Below are positions 10,471 to 19,569 of a DNA stretch of 64,000 bases, in pieces. Both the position numbers and the translations under genes were made by a program. The first letter of the stretch is position 1, and each line of letters starts with the position of its first letter. Source of the DNA: an uncultured Chloroflexia bacterium (GTDB lineage Bacteria; Chloroflexota; Limnocylindria; Limnocylindrales; CSP1-4); contig CAWEZH010000002.1 in assembly GCA_963813535.1 (NCBI GenBank), forward strand, positions 352,001 to 416,000, given 5' to 3'. The notes below the pieces were generated by a model. The model searched no databases. It saw nothing but the letters and a program-made list of their open reading frames with translations, and was not told the origin of the DNA.

Positions 10471-11327
10471 CCGCGCCGCCGGCCTTCGAGCTGCCCACCG
10501 AGCTCGCGATCGACACGGACGTCGCGCGGCGGATCATCGGCGAGTTCATCCGTGGCCAGCTCCGGCAGGCGGGCTTCGAGCGAGCCGTCCTCGGCCTGTC
10601 CGGCGGGATCGATTCGGCGCTCGTGGCGTATCTCACCGCCGAAGCGATCGGGGCCGACCGGCTGCTGTGTGTGCTGATGCCGTACCGGACCTCAGCGCCT
10701 GCTTCCCAAGGGGATGCCGAGGAAGTCGTGCGGATGCTGGGCTGCACGTCCGAGCTGGTCGACATCACGCCGATGGTCGAGGGGTACTTCGGATCGGACA
10801 CGGAAGCCTCATCGCTCCGGCGCGGCAACTTCATGGCTCGCATGCGCATGGCGGTGCTGTACGACCGATCGGTCACCTGGGGCGGGCTGGTCGTCGGGAC
10901 GGGCAACAAGACCGAGTCCCTGATCGGCTACACGACGCTCTTCGGCGACAACGCGTGCGCCTTCAACCCGATCGGTGACCTGTACAAGAGCCAGGTCCGC
11001 CAGCTTGCCGCGGCCATCGGCGTGCCCGACGAGATCCTCCGCAAGGCGCCCTCGGCCGACCTGTGGCCCGGCCAGACCGACGAGGCCGAGTCCGGCTTCG
11101 ACTACCCGACCCTGGACCGGCTCCTGTTCTGGCGGATCGACAAGCGCCGGTCGATCGACGAGGTCGTCGCGCTCGGGTTCCCACGCGAGATGGTCGAGCG
11201 GGTCGACCGGATGGTGGCCGGTGCCGAGTTCAAGCGGCAGGTCCCGCCGATCGCCAAGCTCGGACCTCGGACCGCGGGCGTCGACTACCTGTACCCACGC
11301 CGGCGCCCGGGTTCGGCGCGCGAGTGA
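10467..11327 (+). CDS. nadE: NAD+ synthetase (synthetase subunit)
   Basis: LGLSGGIDSA, GNFMARMRM, GTGNKTE, GYTTLFGD, KAPSADLWPGQTDE. Confidence 0.96.
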   Translation: MTAPPAFELPTELAIDTDVARRIIGEFIRGQLRQAGFERAVLGLSGGIDSALVAYLTAEAIGADRLLCVLMPYRTSAPASQGDAEEVVRMLGCTSELVDITPMVEGYFGSDTEASSLRRGNFMARMRMAVLYDRSVTWGGLVVGTGNKTESLIGYTTLFGDNACAFNPIGDLYKSQVRQLAAAIGVPDEILRKAPSADLWPGQTDEAESGFDYPTLDRLLFWRIDKRRSIDEVVALGFPREMVERVDRMVAGAEFKRQVPPIAKLGPRTAGVDYLYPRRRPGSARE

Positions 11328-12187
11328 CCGCGGGCCCTGGCGGCACGCTGTACGTCGTCGCCACGCCCATCGGCAATCTGTCCGACATCACGCTCCGGGC
11401 GATCGAGGTGCTGGGTGCTGTGCCACTGATCGCCGCCGAGGACACGCGGCTGACAAAGCGGCTGCTCCAGCGACACGGGATCGACACGCGGCTCACCAGC
11501 TACCACGCTCGGAGCCCCGCCAGCCGCCTCGACGCGCTCATGGCCCACCTGCGCGCGGGCAAGGACTTGGCCCTCGTGACCGATGCCGGCACGCCCGCCG
11601 TGAGCGACCCAGGCGCCGACCTCGTGGCGGCCTGGGCCGGGGAGGACGGCAGCGTCGTGCCGATCCCGGGCGCATCGGCCGTGCTGGCGGCAGTGGCTGC
11701 GTCGGGTGTCGCAGGGCCACGCTGGGCGTTCGAAGGATTCCTGCCTCGGAGCGGGCGCGATCGGAGGGACCGGTTGGCAGCCATCGCGGGCGATCCGCGC
11801 GGGACCGTGCTGTTCGAGGCGCCCGGGCGGGCGGCCGCGACCCTGCGCGACCTGGCGACGGTCTGCGCGACCGAGCGACAGGGCGCCGTCGCGCGGGAGC
11901 TCACGAAGCTCCACGAGCAGATCGTGCGAGGCTCGTTGAGGGATCTGGCCACCGCGGCGGCCGATGGCAGGATCCCGGCCCGTGGCGAGTTCGTGCTCAT
12001 CGTCGGGATGGGCGACGTGGCCGATGCCGGCAGCCGTTCGGGCGATGCCGAAGCGGCCCTCGACGCGGCGCGCGCAGACGTCGAACGGCTCGTCTCGGAG
12101 GGGGTGGCGCGAGGCGACGCCGCGCGCAGGGTGGCAGCGCAGACAGGCCTGCCGCGTCGACGTCTGTATGGCCTGACGGACGTGTAA
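11324..12187 (+). CDS. rsmI: 16S rRNA (cytidine1402-2'-O)-methyltransferase
   Basis: LYVVATPIGNLSDITLRA, AEDTR, DAGTPAVSDPG, ARELTKLHE; GTG at 11324 overlaps nadE stop. Confidence 0.95.
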   Translation: MTAGPGGTLYVVATPIGNLSDITLRAIEVLGAVPLIAAEDTRLTKRLLQRHGIDTRLTSYHARSPASRLDALMAHLRAGKDLALVTDAGTPAVSDPGADLVAAWAGEDGSVVPIPGASAVLAAVAASGVAGPRWAFEGFLPRSGRDRRDRLAAIAGDPRGTVLFEAPGRAAATLRDLATVCATERQGAVARELTKLHEQIVRGSLRDLATAAADGRIPARGEFVLIVGMGDVADAGSRSGDAEAALDAARADVERLVSEGVARGDAARRVAAQTGLPRRRLYGLTDV

Positions 12188-12197
12188 TGTTGACCCG

Positions 12198-12899
12198 ATG
12201 ACAGCGGCCACCATGCCCCGGTCGACCTCATCGCGGATCCCCCTCTCCTACGTCGTCGCGCTGGTGCCGGTCGGCGCTGCGCTGAACGTCGTCGGGGGCA
12301 CGATCAACACCGCGCTCGGGTTGCCGACATTCCTCGACATGATCGGCACGGCCGTCGTGGCGATCCTCCTGGGACCGTGGTGGGGAGCGCTGGTCGCCGT
12401 CATGGGCAACGTGAGTGGGGCGTTCTTCACCGGACCCGTGGGGGTCCCCTTCGCGCTGGTCAACGTCGCCGGGGCCCTGGTCTGGGGCTATGGGGTGCGT
12501 TCCTTCGGCATGGGCGCCACCGCGACGCGGTTCTTCGTGCTCAATGTGATCGTCGCTCTGGTCACATCGGCCATCGCGGCACCCATCGTGGTGTTCCTGT
12601 TCGGTGGCGCGACCGGTCATTCGTCGGATGTGTTGACGGCCGCGTTCGTGCAGGCGGGTCGCAACGTGCTCGCCGCGGCGTTCGCCTCGAGCATCATCGT
12701 GTCGCTGGCCGACAAGATCATCAGCGGGTTCCTGGCCCTCGCCATCATCGATGCGCTGCCGGCCGAGATGAGCCGCGGCCTGCGCCTGCCTGGACCGACG
12801 GCTACAGGTCGCCTTGCCGTGGCGATCGGCGGCGTCGTCATCGGTGCCGCGATGGTGGCGGTGTACCTGTTCCTCACGCCCCCCGCGCCACCGGCCTGA
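12198..12899 (+). CDS. ECF transporter substrate-specific S component
   Basis: Hydrophobic multi-TM protein with LP.FLDMIGT...GPWWGA and ADKIIS motifs; precedes ECF ATPases and T component. Confidence 0.85.
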   Translation: MTAATMPRSTSSRIPLSYVVALVPVGAALNVVGGTINTALGLPTFLDMIGTAVVAILLGPWWGALVAVMGNVSGAFFTGPVGVPFALVNVAGALVWGYGVRSFGMGATATRFFVLNVIVALVTSAIAAPIVVFLFGGATGHSSDVLTAAFVQAGRNVLAAAFASSIIVSLADKIISGFLALAIIDALPAEMSRGLRLPGPTATGRLAVAIGGVVIGAAMVAVYLFLTPPAPPA

Positions 12900-13099
12900 T
12901 GGATCGGACCGTCGGACCGCGCGACGGCCTCGGCGCGGGCATCATCGCGCTCGGGATCCTTGCGATCGCGATGCCCTTCGCCGTCGACGGCCTGGTCGAC
13001 ACACCCGATCAGACCGCGCTCGTGCTTGCCGGGATGAGCGTCCTGCTCGGCATCTTCGTCGTCATCGCGGGTCTCCTCTCGTTCCGCATCCGGGACTGA
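12899..13099 (+). CDS. Small two-TM membrane protein (66 aa)
   Basis: ATG overlaps S-component stop (TGATG); two hydrophobic helices; fills the gap in the operon. Confidence 0.7.
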   Translation: MDRTVGPRDGLGAGIIALGILAIAMPFAVDGLVDTPDQTALVLAGMSVLLGIFVVIAGLLSFRIRD

Positions 13100-13121
13100 A
13101 CCCGCAGATCCGGCGATACCG

Positions 13122-13964
13122 GTGACCGACGCCCCGATCGTCTCGATCGTCGACCTGAGCGTCACGTACGCGGGAGCCGACACGCCTGCGCTCCGCGGCG
13201 TGGACCTTCGCATCGGGGCCGGAGAGGCGGTCGGCATCGTCGGCCTGAACGGGGCCGGCAAGACGACCCTGGCCCTGACTCTCAACGGGGTCGTCCCGCA
13301 GCTGCTCCCGGCGGACATCCAGGGCACGGTCGTCGTGGCGGGCAAGGATGCGACGACGACACCGGTGCGGGAGATGGCGCGGACCGTCGGCATCGTGTTC
13401 GACGATCCCGAGTTCCAGCTGAGCCAGGCGACCGTCGCCGACGAGATCGCGCTCGGCCTCGAAGGTCTGGCGGTGTCGTCCGACGAGATGCCGAGCCGCA
13501 TCGATCGCGCGTTGACGGCGGTCGGGCTCGCCGGGCTCGAGGAGCGCTCGCCGCTGGCCCTGTCGGGTGGACAGCAGCAGCGAGTGGCGATCGCCGCCGT
13601 CCTCGCGATGGAGCCGAGGGTGCTGGTCATGGACGAGCCGACGTCGCACCTGGATCCAGCGGGGACGGCCGACGTGTTCGCCATCGCCCACAGGCTCAAT
13701 CGGGACGATGGGATGACGGTCATCGTCGCCGAGCATGACGTCGAGGCCCTTGCTGGCTTCGCCGACCGGATCGTCGTGCTCGACGCCGGTCGCGTCGTGC
13801 TGCAGGGATCGCCGGCCGAGGTGTTCGGGGCGATCGACCAGCTCACGGCGCTCGGCCTGCGACCACCGCAGGTCACCGCATTCGCGCGAGCGATCGACCG
13901 GGCCGCGCAACGGCTACCGGTGACGGTGGCGGAGACCCTCGCCTGGCTGGAGTCCGGGCGATGA
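13122..13964 (+). CDS. ECF transporter ATPase A
   Basis: GLNGAGKTT, LSGGQQQR, MDEPTSHLDP, LGLRPPQVT C-terminus. Confidence 0.92.
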   Translation: MTDAPIVSIVDLSVTYAGADTPALRGVDLRIGAGEAVGIVGLNGAGKTTLALTLNGVVPQLLPADIQGTVVVAGKDATTTPVREMARTVGIVFDDPEFQLSQATVADEIALGLEGLAVSSDEMPSRIDRALTAVGLAGLEERSPLALSGGQQQRVAIAAVLAMEPRVLVMDEPTSHLDPAGTADVFAIAHRLNRDDGMTVIVAEHDVEALAGFADRIVVLDAGRVVLQGSPAEVFGAIDQLTALGLRPPQVTAFARAIDRAAQRLPVTVAETLAWLESGR

Positions 13965-14788
13965 CCGTGCACGCACCCATCGTCGCGATCGATGATCTCG
14001 GCTTCGCCTATCCCGATGGCACGGTGGCGCTCGATGCCGTGTCGCTCGCGATCGACCCGGGATCCGTCGTCGCTGTCGTGGGGCAGAACGGGTCGGGCAA
14101 GACGACACTTGCCAAGCACCTCAACGGGTTGCTGCGACCGAGCTCGGGACGGGTCGTCGTCGACGGCCTGGACACGACCGCCCATCCCGTGCGAAGCATG
14201 GCCGGCCACGTCGGGTACGTGTTCCAGAACCCGGCTCACCAGCTCTTCGCACGCACGGTCGCCGACGAGCTGGGGTTCGGTCCCCGGAACCTTGGCGTGG
14301 CGCCCGCCGAGATCGAGGCGCGCATCGCGGTGGTCGCCCGCTCCCTTGGCCTCGAGACCCACCTCGACGCGCACCCGCATCGGCTGCCATCGGCCATCCG
14401 GAAGCTCGTCAGCATCGGCTCCGTCCTGACCATGCGGACACCGGTCCTCGTCCTCGATGAGCCGACGACTGGTCAGGACCATCGAACGGCGGATCGCATC
14501 GCAGGCGTCATCCGGGACGTGCGCGCCGCGGGAACGACCGTCGTCGCCGTCTCGCACGACATGGCATTGGTCGCCGACATCGCCGACCGGGTCGTCGTCC
14601 TCGATGCCGGTCGCGTCGTCGCCGATGGGCTGCCGCGGACCGTGTTGTCGGATCGGGCACTGGCGTCATCGACGCGTCTGACGCCGCCGCAGATCACACA
14701 GCTGGCGATGGCGTTGCCTGGACGAGCGGGTCGGGAGGCCGTGCTCACCGTCGGGGAGCTGGTGGCCGAGGTCCGCGGCGCGCGATGA
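13961..14788 (+). CDS. ECF transporter ATPase A' (degenerate signature motif)
   Basis: GQNGSGKTT, VFQNPAHQLF, LDEPTTGQD; signature reads LPSAIRK. Confidence 0.9.
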   Translation: MTVHAPIVAIDDLGFAYPDGTVALDAVSLAIDPGSVVAVVGQNGSGKTTLAKHLNGLLRPSSGRVVVDGLDTTAHPVRSMAGHVGYVFQNPAHQLFARTVADELGFGPRNLGVAPAEIEARIAVVARSLGLETHLDAHPHRLPSAIRKLVSIGSVLTMRTPVLVLDEPTTGQDHRTADRIAGVIRDVRAAGTTVVAVSHDMALVADIADRVVVLDAGRVVADGLPRTVLSDRALASSTRLTPPQITQLAMALPGRAGREAVLTVGELVAEVRGAR

Positions 14789-15681
14789 CGAGTGCCATCG
14801 GGCCGGTCTTCGCCGCCGAGCGGGGGTCGTCGTGGCTCCACCGGCTCGACCCGCTGGTGAAGTTGACGTGGCTCCTGGCCGTCGTCGTCGTGGCCTTCGC
14901 CACATTCGACCCGGTCCCGCTGTACACGATGGCCGTGCTGGGCCTGCTCGTCGCGGTGAGCGCCGGTGTCGGGGCCCGAGTGGTCAGGATCCTGGCCATC
15001 TTCGTGCCCGTGACCGCGTCGATCCTCGTGATCCAGACGCTCGCGCCGACGGCCTGCGCGGGTGGCTGCACCCCGGTCGCCCAGCTCGGTCCGCTCACGC
15101 TGTACGCGGAGGGGACGATCCGCGGGCTGTCGCTGGTCGGACGACTGGTTGCGGTCGAGGCGGTGGCCCTGGCAGTCTTCCTGACCACCCACCCGAGCGA
15201 TCTCTTCGGGGCGCTCACCCGGCTGCGCGTCCCGTATGTCGTCAACCTGATGCTCTCGATGACCCTCCAGCTGGTCCCCATCCTCCAGCGCGAGTTCGCC
15301 ATCGTGCTGTCGGCACAGCGCGCCCGCGGGATGCGCGGATCCGGGTTCGCCGCGCTGCTGCCGTCGTTCGTGCCGGTCTTCGCCGGCGCGTTCCAACGGG
15401 TCCAGCAGCTCATGATCAGCCTCGAGTCGCGGGCATTCGGGTCGAGCCGGGAGCGGACGTCCTACCGGCATATCCGGACGGGTCCGCGCGAGAAGGCCGC
15501 CGCGCTGCTCGGCGTCGCGGCAGGCATCGTTGGGGCGATCGCGGGCCTGACCATCTGGAGCGCGGACCGCATGGCGGACGTGGTCGTACCCGCGCCGCTG
15601 GTCATCGGCGTGTTCGTGGTGGCCGCTACGCTGTTCGCCGGCGTGATCCTGCTCGGGATCCGGTCGATCGCTCGGGCGTAG
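14785..15681 (+). CDS. ECF transporter transmembrane T component
   Basis: SWLHRLDPLVKL, AQRARG and LESRAF coupling motifs. Confidence 0.92.
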   Translation: MTSAIGPVFAAERGSSWLHRLDPLVKLTWLLAVVVVAFATFDPVPLYTMAVLGLLVAVSAGVGARVVRILAIFVPVTASILVIQTLAPTACAGGCTPVAQLGPLTLYAEGTIRGLSLVGRLVAVEAVALAVFLTTHPSDLFGALTRLRVPYVVNLMLSMTLQLVPILQREFAIVLSAQRARGMRGSGFAALLPSFVPVFAGAFQRVQQLMISLESRAFGSSRERTSYRHIRTGPREKAAALLGVAAGIVGAIAGLTIWSADRMADVVVPAPLVIGVFVVAATLFAGVILLGIRSIARA

Positions 15682-15691
15682 GGAGGTGGCG

Positions 15692-16951
15692 ATGATGTCG
15701 GTCGAGGCGATGCCTCCGGGGCCGCTCATCGACCCTGCCGACCCGGCCTTCGTCGCCGACCCGTATCCGGCCTACGCGCGCGTGCGCGAGGCGACGCCGG
15801 TATGGCATCCGGACGGAGGGCACCTCTGGTATCTGACCCGCTTCGCCGATGTCCACGCAGCGTTCCGCGATCGGCGACTCGGCACCACGTTCCTCCATCG
15901 CTACACGCCGGACGAGCTCGGCCTGGCGCCGGACATCCCGGTCTGGCGCGACCCGCGCTGGACCGACTTCCAGTCGTTCGAGCGCTGGGAGCTGCTCAAC
16001 CTCGAACCGCCACTCCACACGCGGCTGCGCCGTCTCGTCACCGAGGCGTTCACGCCGCGCACGGTCGAGGGGCTTCGTGCCGGCACCGAGGCTCGGGCGC
16101 GCTCGCTGCTCGAGCCCGGTCGCGCCGGAGGCTCGATCGACCTCGTCGGCGACTATGCGCAGTATTTCTCGCTCGGCATCATCTGCGCGCTGATCGGCGT
16201 CCCGCCGACCGACGAGACGATGATCCTGGCGTGGTCGGATGCGACGGTCCGCATGTACGAGCCTGAACCGTCCGACGAGCAGCAAGGCCTTTCGAACGAT
16301 GCCGCCGGGTCGTTCCGCCGGTACCTGCTCGACGTCGTCGCTGACCGGCGGCACGCCCCGACCGACGACCTGCTGTCGGCTCTCGTCGACGCGTCCGTCG
16401 ACGGCGAGCGGCTGACCGACGATCAGATCGTTTCGACCGCTATGGTCCTGTTGATGGCCGGCCACGAAGCCGCCGTGAATGCCACGGCCAACGGCGTCGC
16501 GCTCCTTGCGGCGCATCCCGATCAGTGGGGGCGCATCCGCGACGGCGAGGTCACGCCACGCGCGGCCATCGAGGAGATCCTCCGGTTCGACCCCCCGCTG
16601 CAGTGGTTCGAGCGCTGGGTCCTTGACGACCGGTTCGAGGTCGCCGGCGTCCCGATCCCGCTCGGTTCGCGCGTGGCGCTGGTGCTCGCGGCCGCCAATC
16701 GCGACCCGCGCCGCCACCCCGATCCGGAGCGATTCGACGTCGCGCGGCCCGACACGACCCATCTCTCGCTCGGGGGAGGGATCCACTTCTGCATCGGCGC
16801 GCCGCTGGCACGGCTCGAGCTCGAGACGACATTGACGGAGCTCGCCCGGACCGAGGCCGAGCTGGTCGTCCAGCCACCGGCAGTACGGCGGCCGACGTTC
16901 CAGTTCCGCGGCTACGACCGGCTGGTCGTCGCGTTGTCGGAGGAGCCGTGA
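15692..16951 (+). CDS. Cytochrome P450 (CYP107-like)
   Basis: DPYPAYARVRE, EPPLHTRLRRLV, I-helix AGHEAA, EEILR (ExxR), ANRDP, heme motif LGGGIHFCIG; SD gggagg upstream. Confidence 0.95.
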   Translation: MMSVEAMPPGPLIDPADPAFVADPYPAYARVREATPVWHPDGGHLWYLTRFADVHAAFRDRRLGTTFLHRYTPDELGLAPDIPVWRDPRWTDFQSFERWELLNLEPPLHTRLRRLVTEAFTPRTVEGLRAGTEARARSLLEPGRAGGSIDLVGDYAQYFSLGIICALIGVPPTDETMILAWSDATVRMYEPEPSDEQQGLSNDAAGSFRRYLLDVVADRRHAPTDDLLSALVDASVDGERLTDDQIVSTAMVLLMAGHEAAVNATANGVALLAAHPDQWGRIRDGEVTPRAAIEEILRFDPPLQWFERWVLDDRFEVAGVPIPLGSRVALVLAAANRDPRRHPDPERFDVARPDTTHLSLGGGIHFCIGAPLARLELETTLTELARTEAELVVQPPAVRRPTFQFRGYDRLVVALSEEP

Positions 16952-17880
16952 TGGCCGCGCCGCGCATCGTCGTCGTCGGCAGCACGATGATCGACCTGGT
17001 CGCGTATGCGGACCGCCTGCCCGGCGACGGCGAGACGGTCGTCGGGACGAGCTACGAGACGGGCTTCGGCGGGAAGGGTGCGAACCAGGCCGTCATGGCC
17101 GCCCGGTTCGGGGCCGACGTCGCGATGGTCAACACGGTGGGGGACGACGGGCACGGGACGGCATACCTGGAGCGACTCGCGGCGGAGGGCATCGACACGA
17201 CCTTCATGCGCCGCGTCCCGGGATCGTCCGGCGTCGCGCCGATCTGGGTCGATGTCGACGGCACCAACCGGATCATCATCGTCCCGGGCGCGAACCGCCA
17301 GGTGCTGCCGGACGTCGCGGCCGAGGCGGTCGACGCCTTCCGGCCAGACGTCGTCATCGGCCAGTTCGAGATCCCGCAGGGGACGACGGCGGCGGGGTTC
17401 GCCGCCGCTCGCCGGATCGGTGCCGTGACCGTGCTGAACCCGGCGCCCGCGGCGTCCGTTGAGCCGCAACTGCTCGAGGTGACCGACTGGCTCGTACCCA
17501 ACGCGCCCGAGTTCGGGCTGATCGCGGGCCAGCCGCTCGATGGGTCACCCGACGAGGAGGTCGCACGGGTCCGTGCGCTCGCGGAACGGCTCGAGGTCTC
17601 GATGGTGGTGACGTTGGGCGGGCGAGGAGCACTCGTCCTGCCACGCGACGGCGAGGCATCGCTGGTCGAGGCCCGGCAGGTCCGGGCGGTCGACACGACG
17701 GGGGCCGGCGACGCGTTCCTGGGCGCCTTCGCGGTGGGCCTGGCGATGGGCCGCTACCCGGTCGCCGCAGTGCGGCTGGGATGCGCCGCGGCTGCGGACA
17801 GCGTGACTCGGCGCGGGACCCAGGCGTCCTATGCCGACCGGGCATCGGCCGCGGCGATCCTGGCCAGCACACCCGCGTAG
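16948..17880 (+). CDS. rbsK: Ribokinase/deoxyribokinase (PfkB family)
   Basis: VVGSTMIDL, GGKGANQAV, SSGVAPIWV, LNPAP, DTTGAGDAF; overlaps P450 stop. Confidence 0.88.
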   Translation: MMAAPRIVVVGSTMIDLVAYADRLPGDGETVVGTSYETGFGGKGANQAVMAARFGADVAMVNTVGDDGHGTAYLERLAAEGIDTTFMRRVPGSSGVAPIWVDVDGTNRIIIVPGANRQVLPDVAAEAVDAFRPDVVIGQFEIPQGTTAAGFAAARRIGAVTVLNPAPAASVEPQLLEVTDWLVPNAPEFGLIAGQPLDGSPDEEVARVRALAERLEVSMVVTLGGRGALVLPRDGEASLVEARQVRAVDTTGAGDAFLGAFAVGLAMGRYPVAAVRLGCAAAADSVTRRGTQASYADRASAAAILASTPA

Positions 17881-17889
17881 GATGCCGAG

Positions 17890-19020
17890 ATGACGGTCGC
17901 CGTCCCGCCCGCCCCAGCGCCGCGCGGGGGACTGCCGGTCCTCGGCCAGCTCTCGTCCATCGCCCGGATCGCGCTCGTTGCCACCCTGCTCGCAAGCCTC
18001 GTCGCGATCGTGCTGGACTTCGGGGTCCACGCCGACAAGAACCTGATCTTCATCGTCTCGGCCGGGGCGATCCTCGGTCTCGCCTGGGTGGTCGGCCTAT
18101 CGACCGAGCGGCTCGGGTCCCTCACCGGACCGCGCGTCGGCGGGATCCTCAACGCGACATTCGGCAACATCGCCGAACTGATCATCGCGTTCTTCGCGCT
18201 GCAGGCCGGCCTGATCGAGGTGGTGAAGGCCTCGCTGACCGGGTCGATCATCGGCAACCTGCTGCTCGTCCTCGGGGCCAGCATCCTGATCGGCGGGTTG
18301 CGGCATGGGACGCAGACCTTCAGCCAGCGGATCGCGTCGTCCAACGCAGCGCTGCTCGTCCTGGCGGTCATCGGGTTGTTCGTCCCGGCCGTGTTCGCCT
18401 TCACCACGAGCGACCCCGAACAGGGCACCCTGACCGAGGAATCGGTGCTCGTCGCGGTCGCGCTGATGGCCGGTTACGTCCTGTCGCTCATCTACCAGTT
18501 CACGAACCCCGAGGAGACCCTCGGTGGACATGGTGAGACCGGCGAGCACGGCGGGCCGGCGTGGACCGCCCGCATCGCGATCGTGGTCCTGGTCCTGGCG
18601 GCTGTGCTGCTCGCGGTCCTGTCCGAGATCCTGGTCGACTCGATCGAGACGTTCATCGATTCCTTCGGGCTGTCGACATTCTTCGTCGGCGTCGTGCTCG
18701 TCCCGACCATCGGCAACCTCGCCGAGCATCTCGTCGCGGTCCAGCTGGCGGCCAAGGACAAGATGGAGTTCGCGATGGCCGTGGCCTACGGCTCCAGCCT
18801 CCAGGTCGCCCTGTTCGTCGCGCCGATCCTGGTGGTCATCGGCGCCGTCATGGGCCAGCCGATGGACCTCGTGTTCACGCCGCTGGAGGTCGCGGCCGTG
18901 GCGGCGGCGGTCGGCATCAGCGCGCTGATCGCGCTCGACGGGGAATCCAACTGGCTCGAGGGCGCCCTGCTGACCCTCGTCTACATCATCCTGGCCATCT
19001 CGTTCTTCGAGGTGCGCTAG
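17890..19020 (+). CDS. cax: Calcium/proton exchanger (CaCA family)
   Basis: GGILNATFGNIAELII, GSIIGNLLLVLG, GNLAEH, GSSLQVALFVAP, DGESNWLEG. Confidence 0.93.
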   Translation: MTVAVPPAPAPRGGLPVLGQLSSIARIALVATLLASLVAIVLDFGVHADKNLIFIVSAGAILGLAWVVGLSTERLGSLTGPRVGGILNATFGNIAELIIAFFALQAGLIEVVKASLTGSIIGNLLLVLGASILIGGLRHGTQTFSQRIASSNAALLVLAVIGLFVPAVFAFTTSDPEQGTLTEESVLVAVALMAGYVLSLIYQFTNPEETLGGHGETGEHGGPAWTARIAIVVLVLAAVLLAVLSEILVDSIETFIDSFGLSTFFVGVVLVPTIGNLAEHLVAVQLAAKDKMEFAMAVAYGSSLQVALFVAPILVVIGAVMGQPMDLVFTPLEVAAVAAAVGISALIALDGESNWLEGALLTLVYIILAISFFEVR

Positions 19021-19029
19021 GCCGAAGGT

Positions 19030-19073
19030 GACGCGGCGACGACACGGGAGGGGGAACGCGTCGCCGCCGCGTC
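19030..19073. terminator. Imperfect GC-rich hairpin between convergent cax and ssb
   Basis: gacgcggcgacg ... cgtcgccgccgcgtc inverted repeat. Confidence 0.4.
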
Positions 19074-19086
19074 GGTGTGAGCCGTG

Positions 19087-19569
19087 TCAGGCCGCGGCGC
19101 CTTCCGCGTCGTCGGCCTCGGCGTCGGGGTCGTCCTCGCCGTCATCGACGATCGCCTCGGCGGATTCCGGGATGGGCTCGGTGGGTGGCGCATCGCCGAG
19201 CCGCTCGGCCTGGGCGACGAGCGACTCCGCCGCCTGCTGGGCCTCGTAATCCTTCTTGCGCCGGCCCGAGAGCATCTCGACGTGCGAGGCCACGACCTCG
19301 GTCTTCCAGTGCCGGTTGCCGCGGTCGTCGTCCCACGAGCGTGTCTGGAGCCGACCCTCGATCGCGACCTGCTGGCCCTTGCCGAGGTACGTCCCGGCGA
19401 TCTCGGCGAGGCGATCCCAGGTCACGACGTTGCTGTACTCGGCCTTCTCGCGGCCACCACCGAGGAACTCGTTGCTGGCGACGGTGAACGTGGTGACGTT
19501 CTTGCCGCTGGCGAGGCTGCGCATCTCGGGGTCGCGCGTGAGGCGACCTGTCAGGAGGACCTTGTTCAC
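19087..19569 (-). CDS. ssb: Single-stranded DNA-binding protein
   Basis: NKVLLTGRLTRDPEMR, YLGKGQQVAIEGRLQTRSW, TEVVA; acidic tail. Confidence 0.95.
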   Translation of the reverse strand: MNKVLLTGRLTRDPEMRSLASGKNVTTFTVASNEFLGGGREKAEYSNVVTWDRLAEIAGTYLGKGQQVAIEGRLQTRSWDDDRGNRHWKTEVVASHVEMLSGRRKKDYEAQQAAESLVAQAERLGDAPPTEPIPESAEAIVDDGEDDPDAEADDAEGAAA

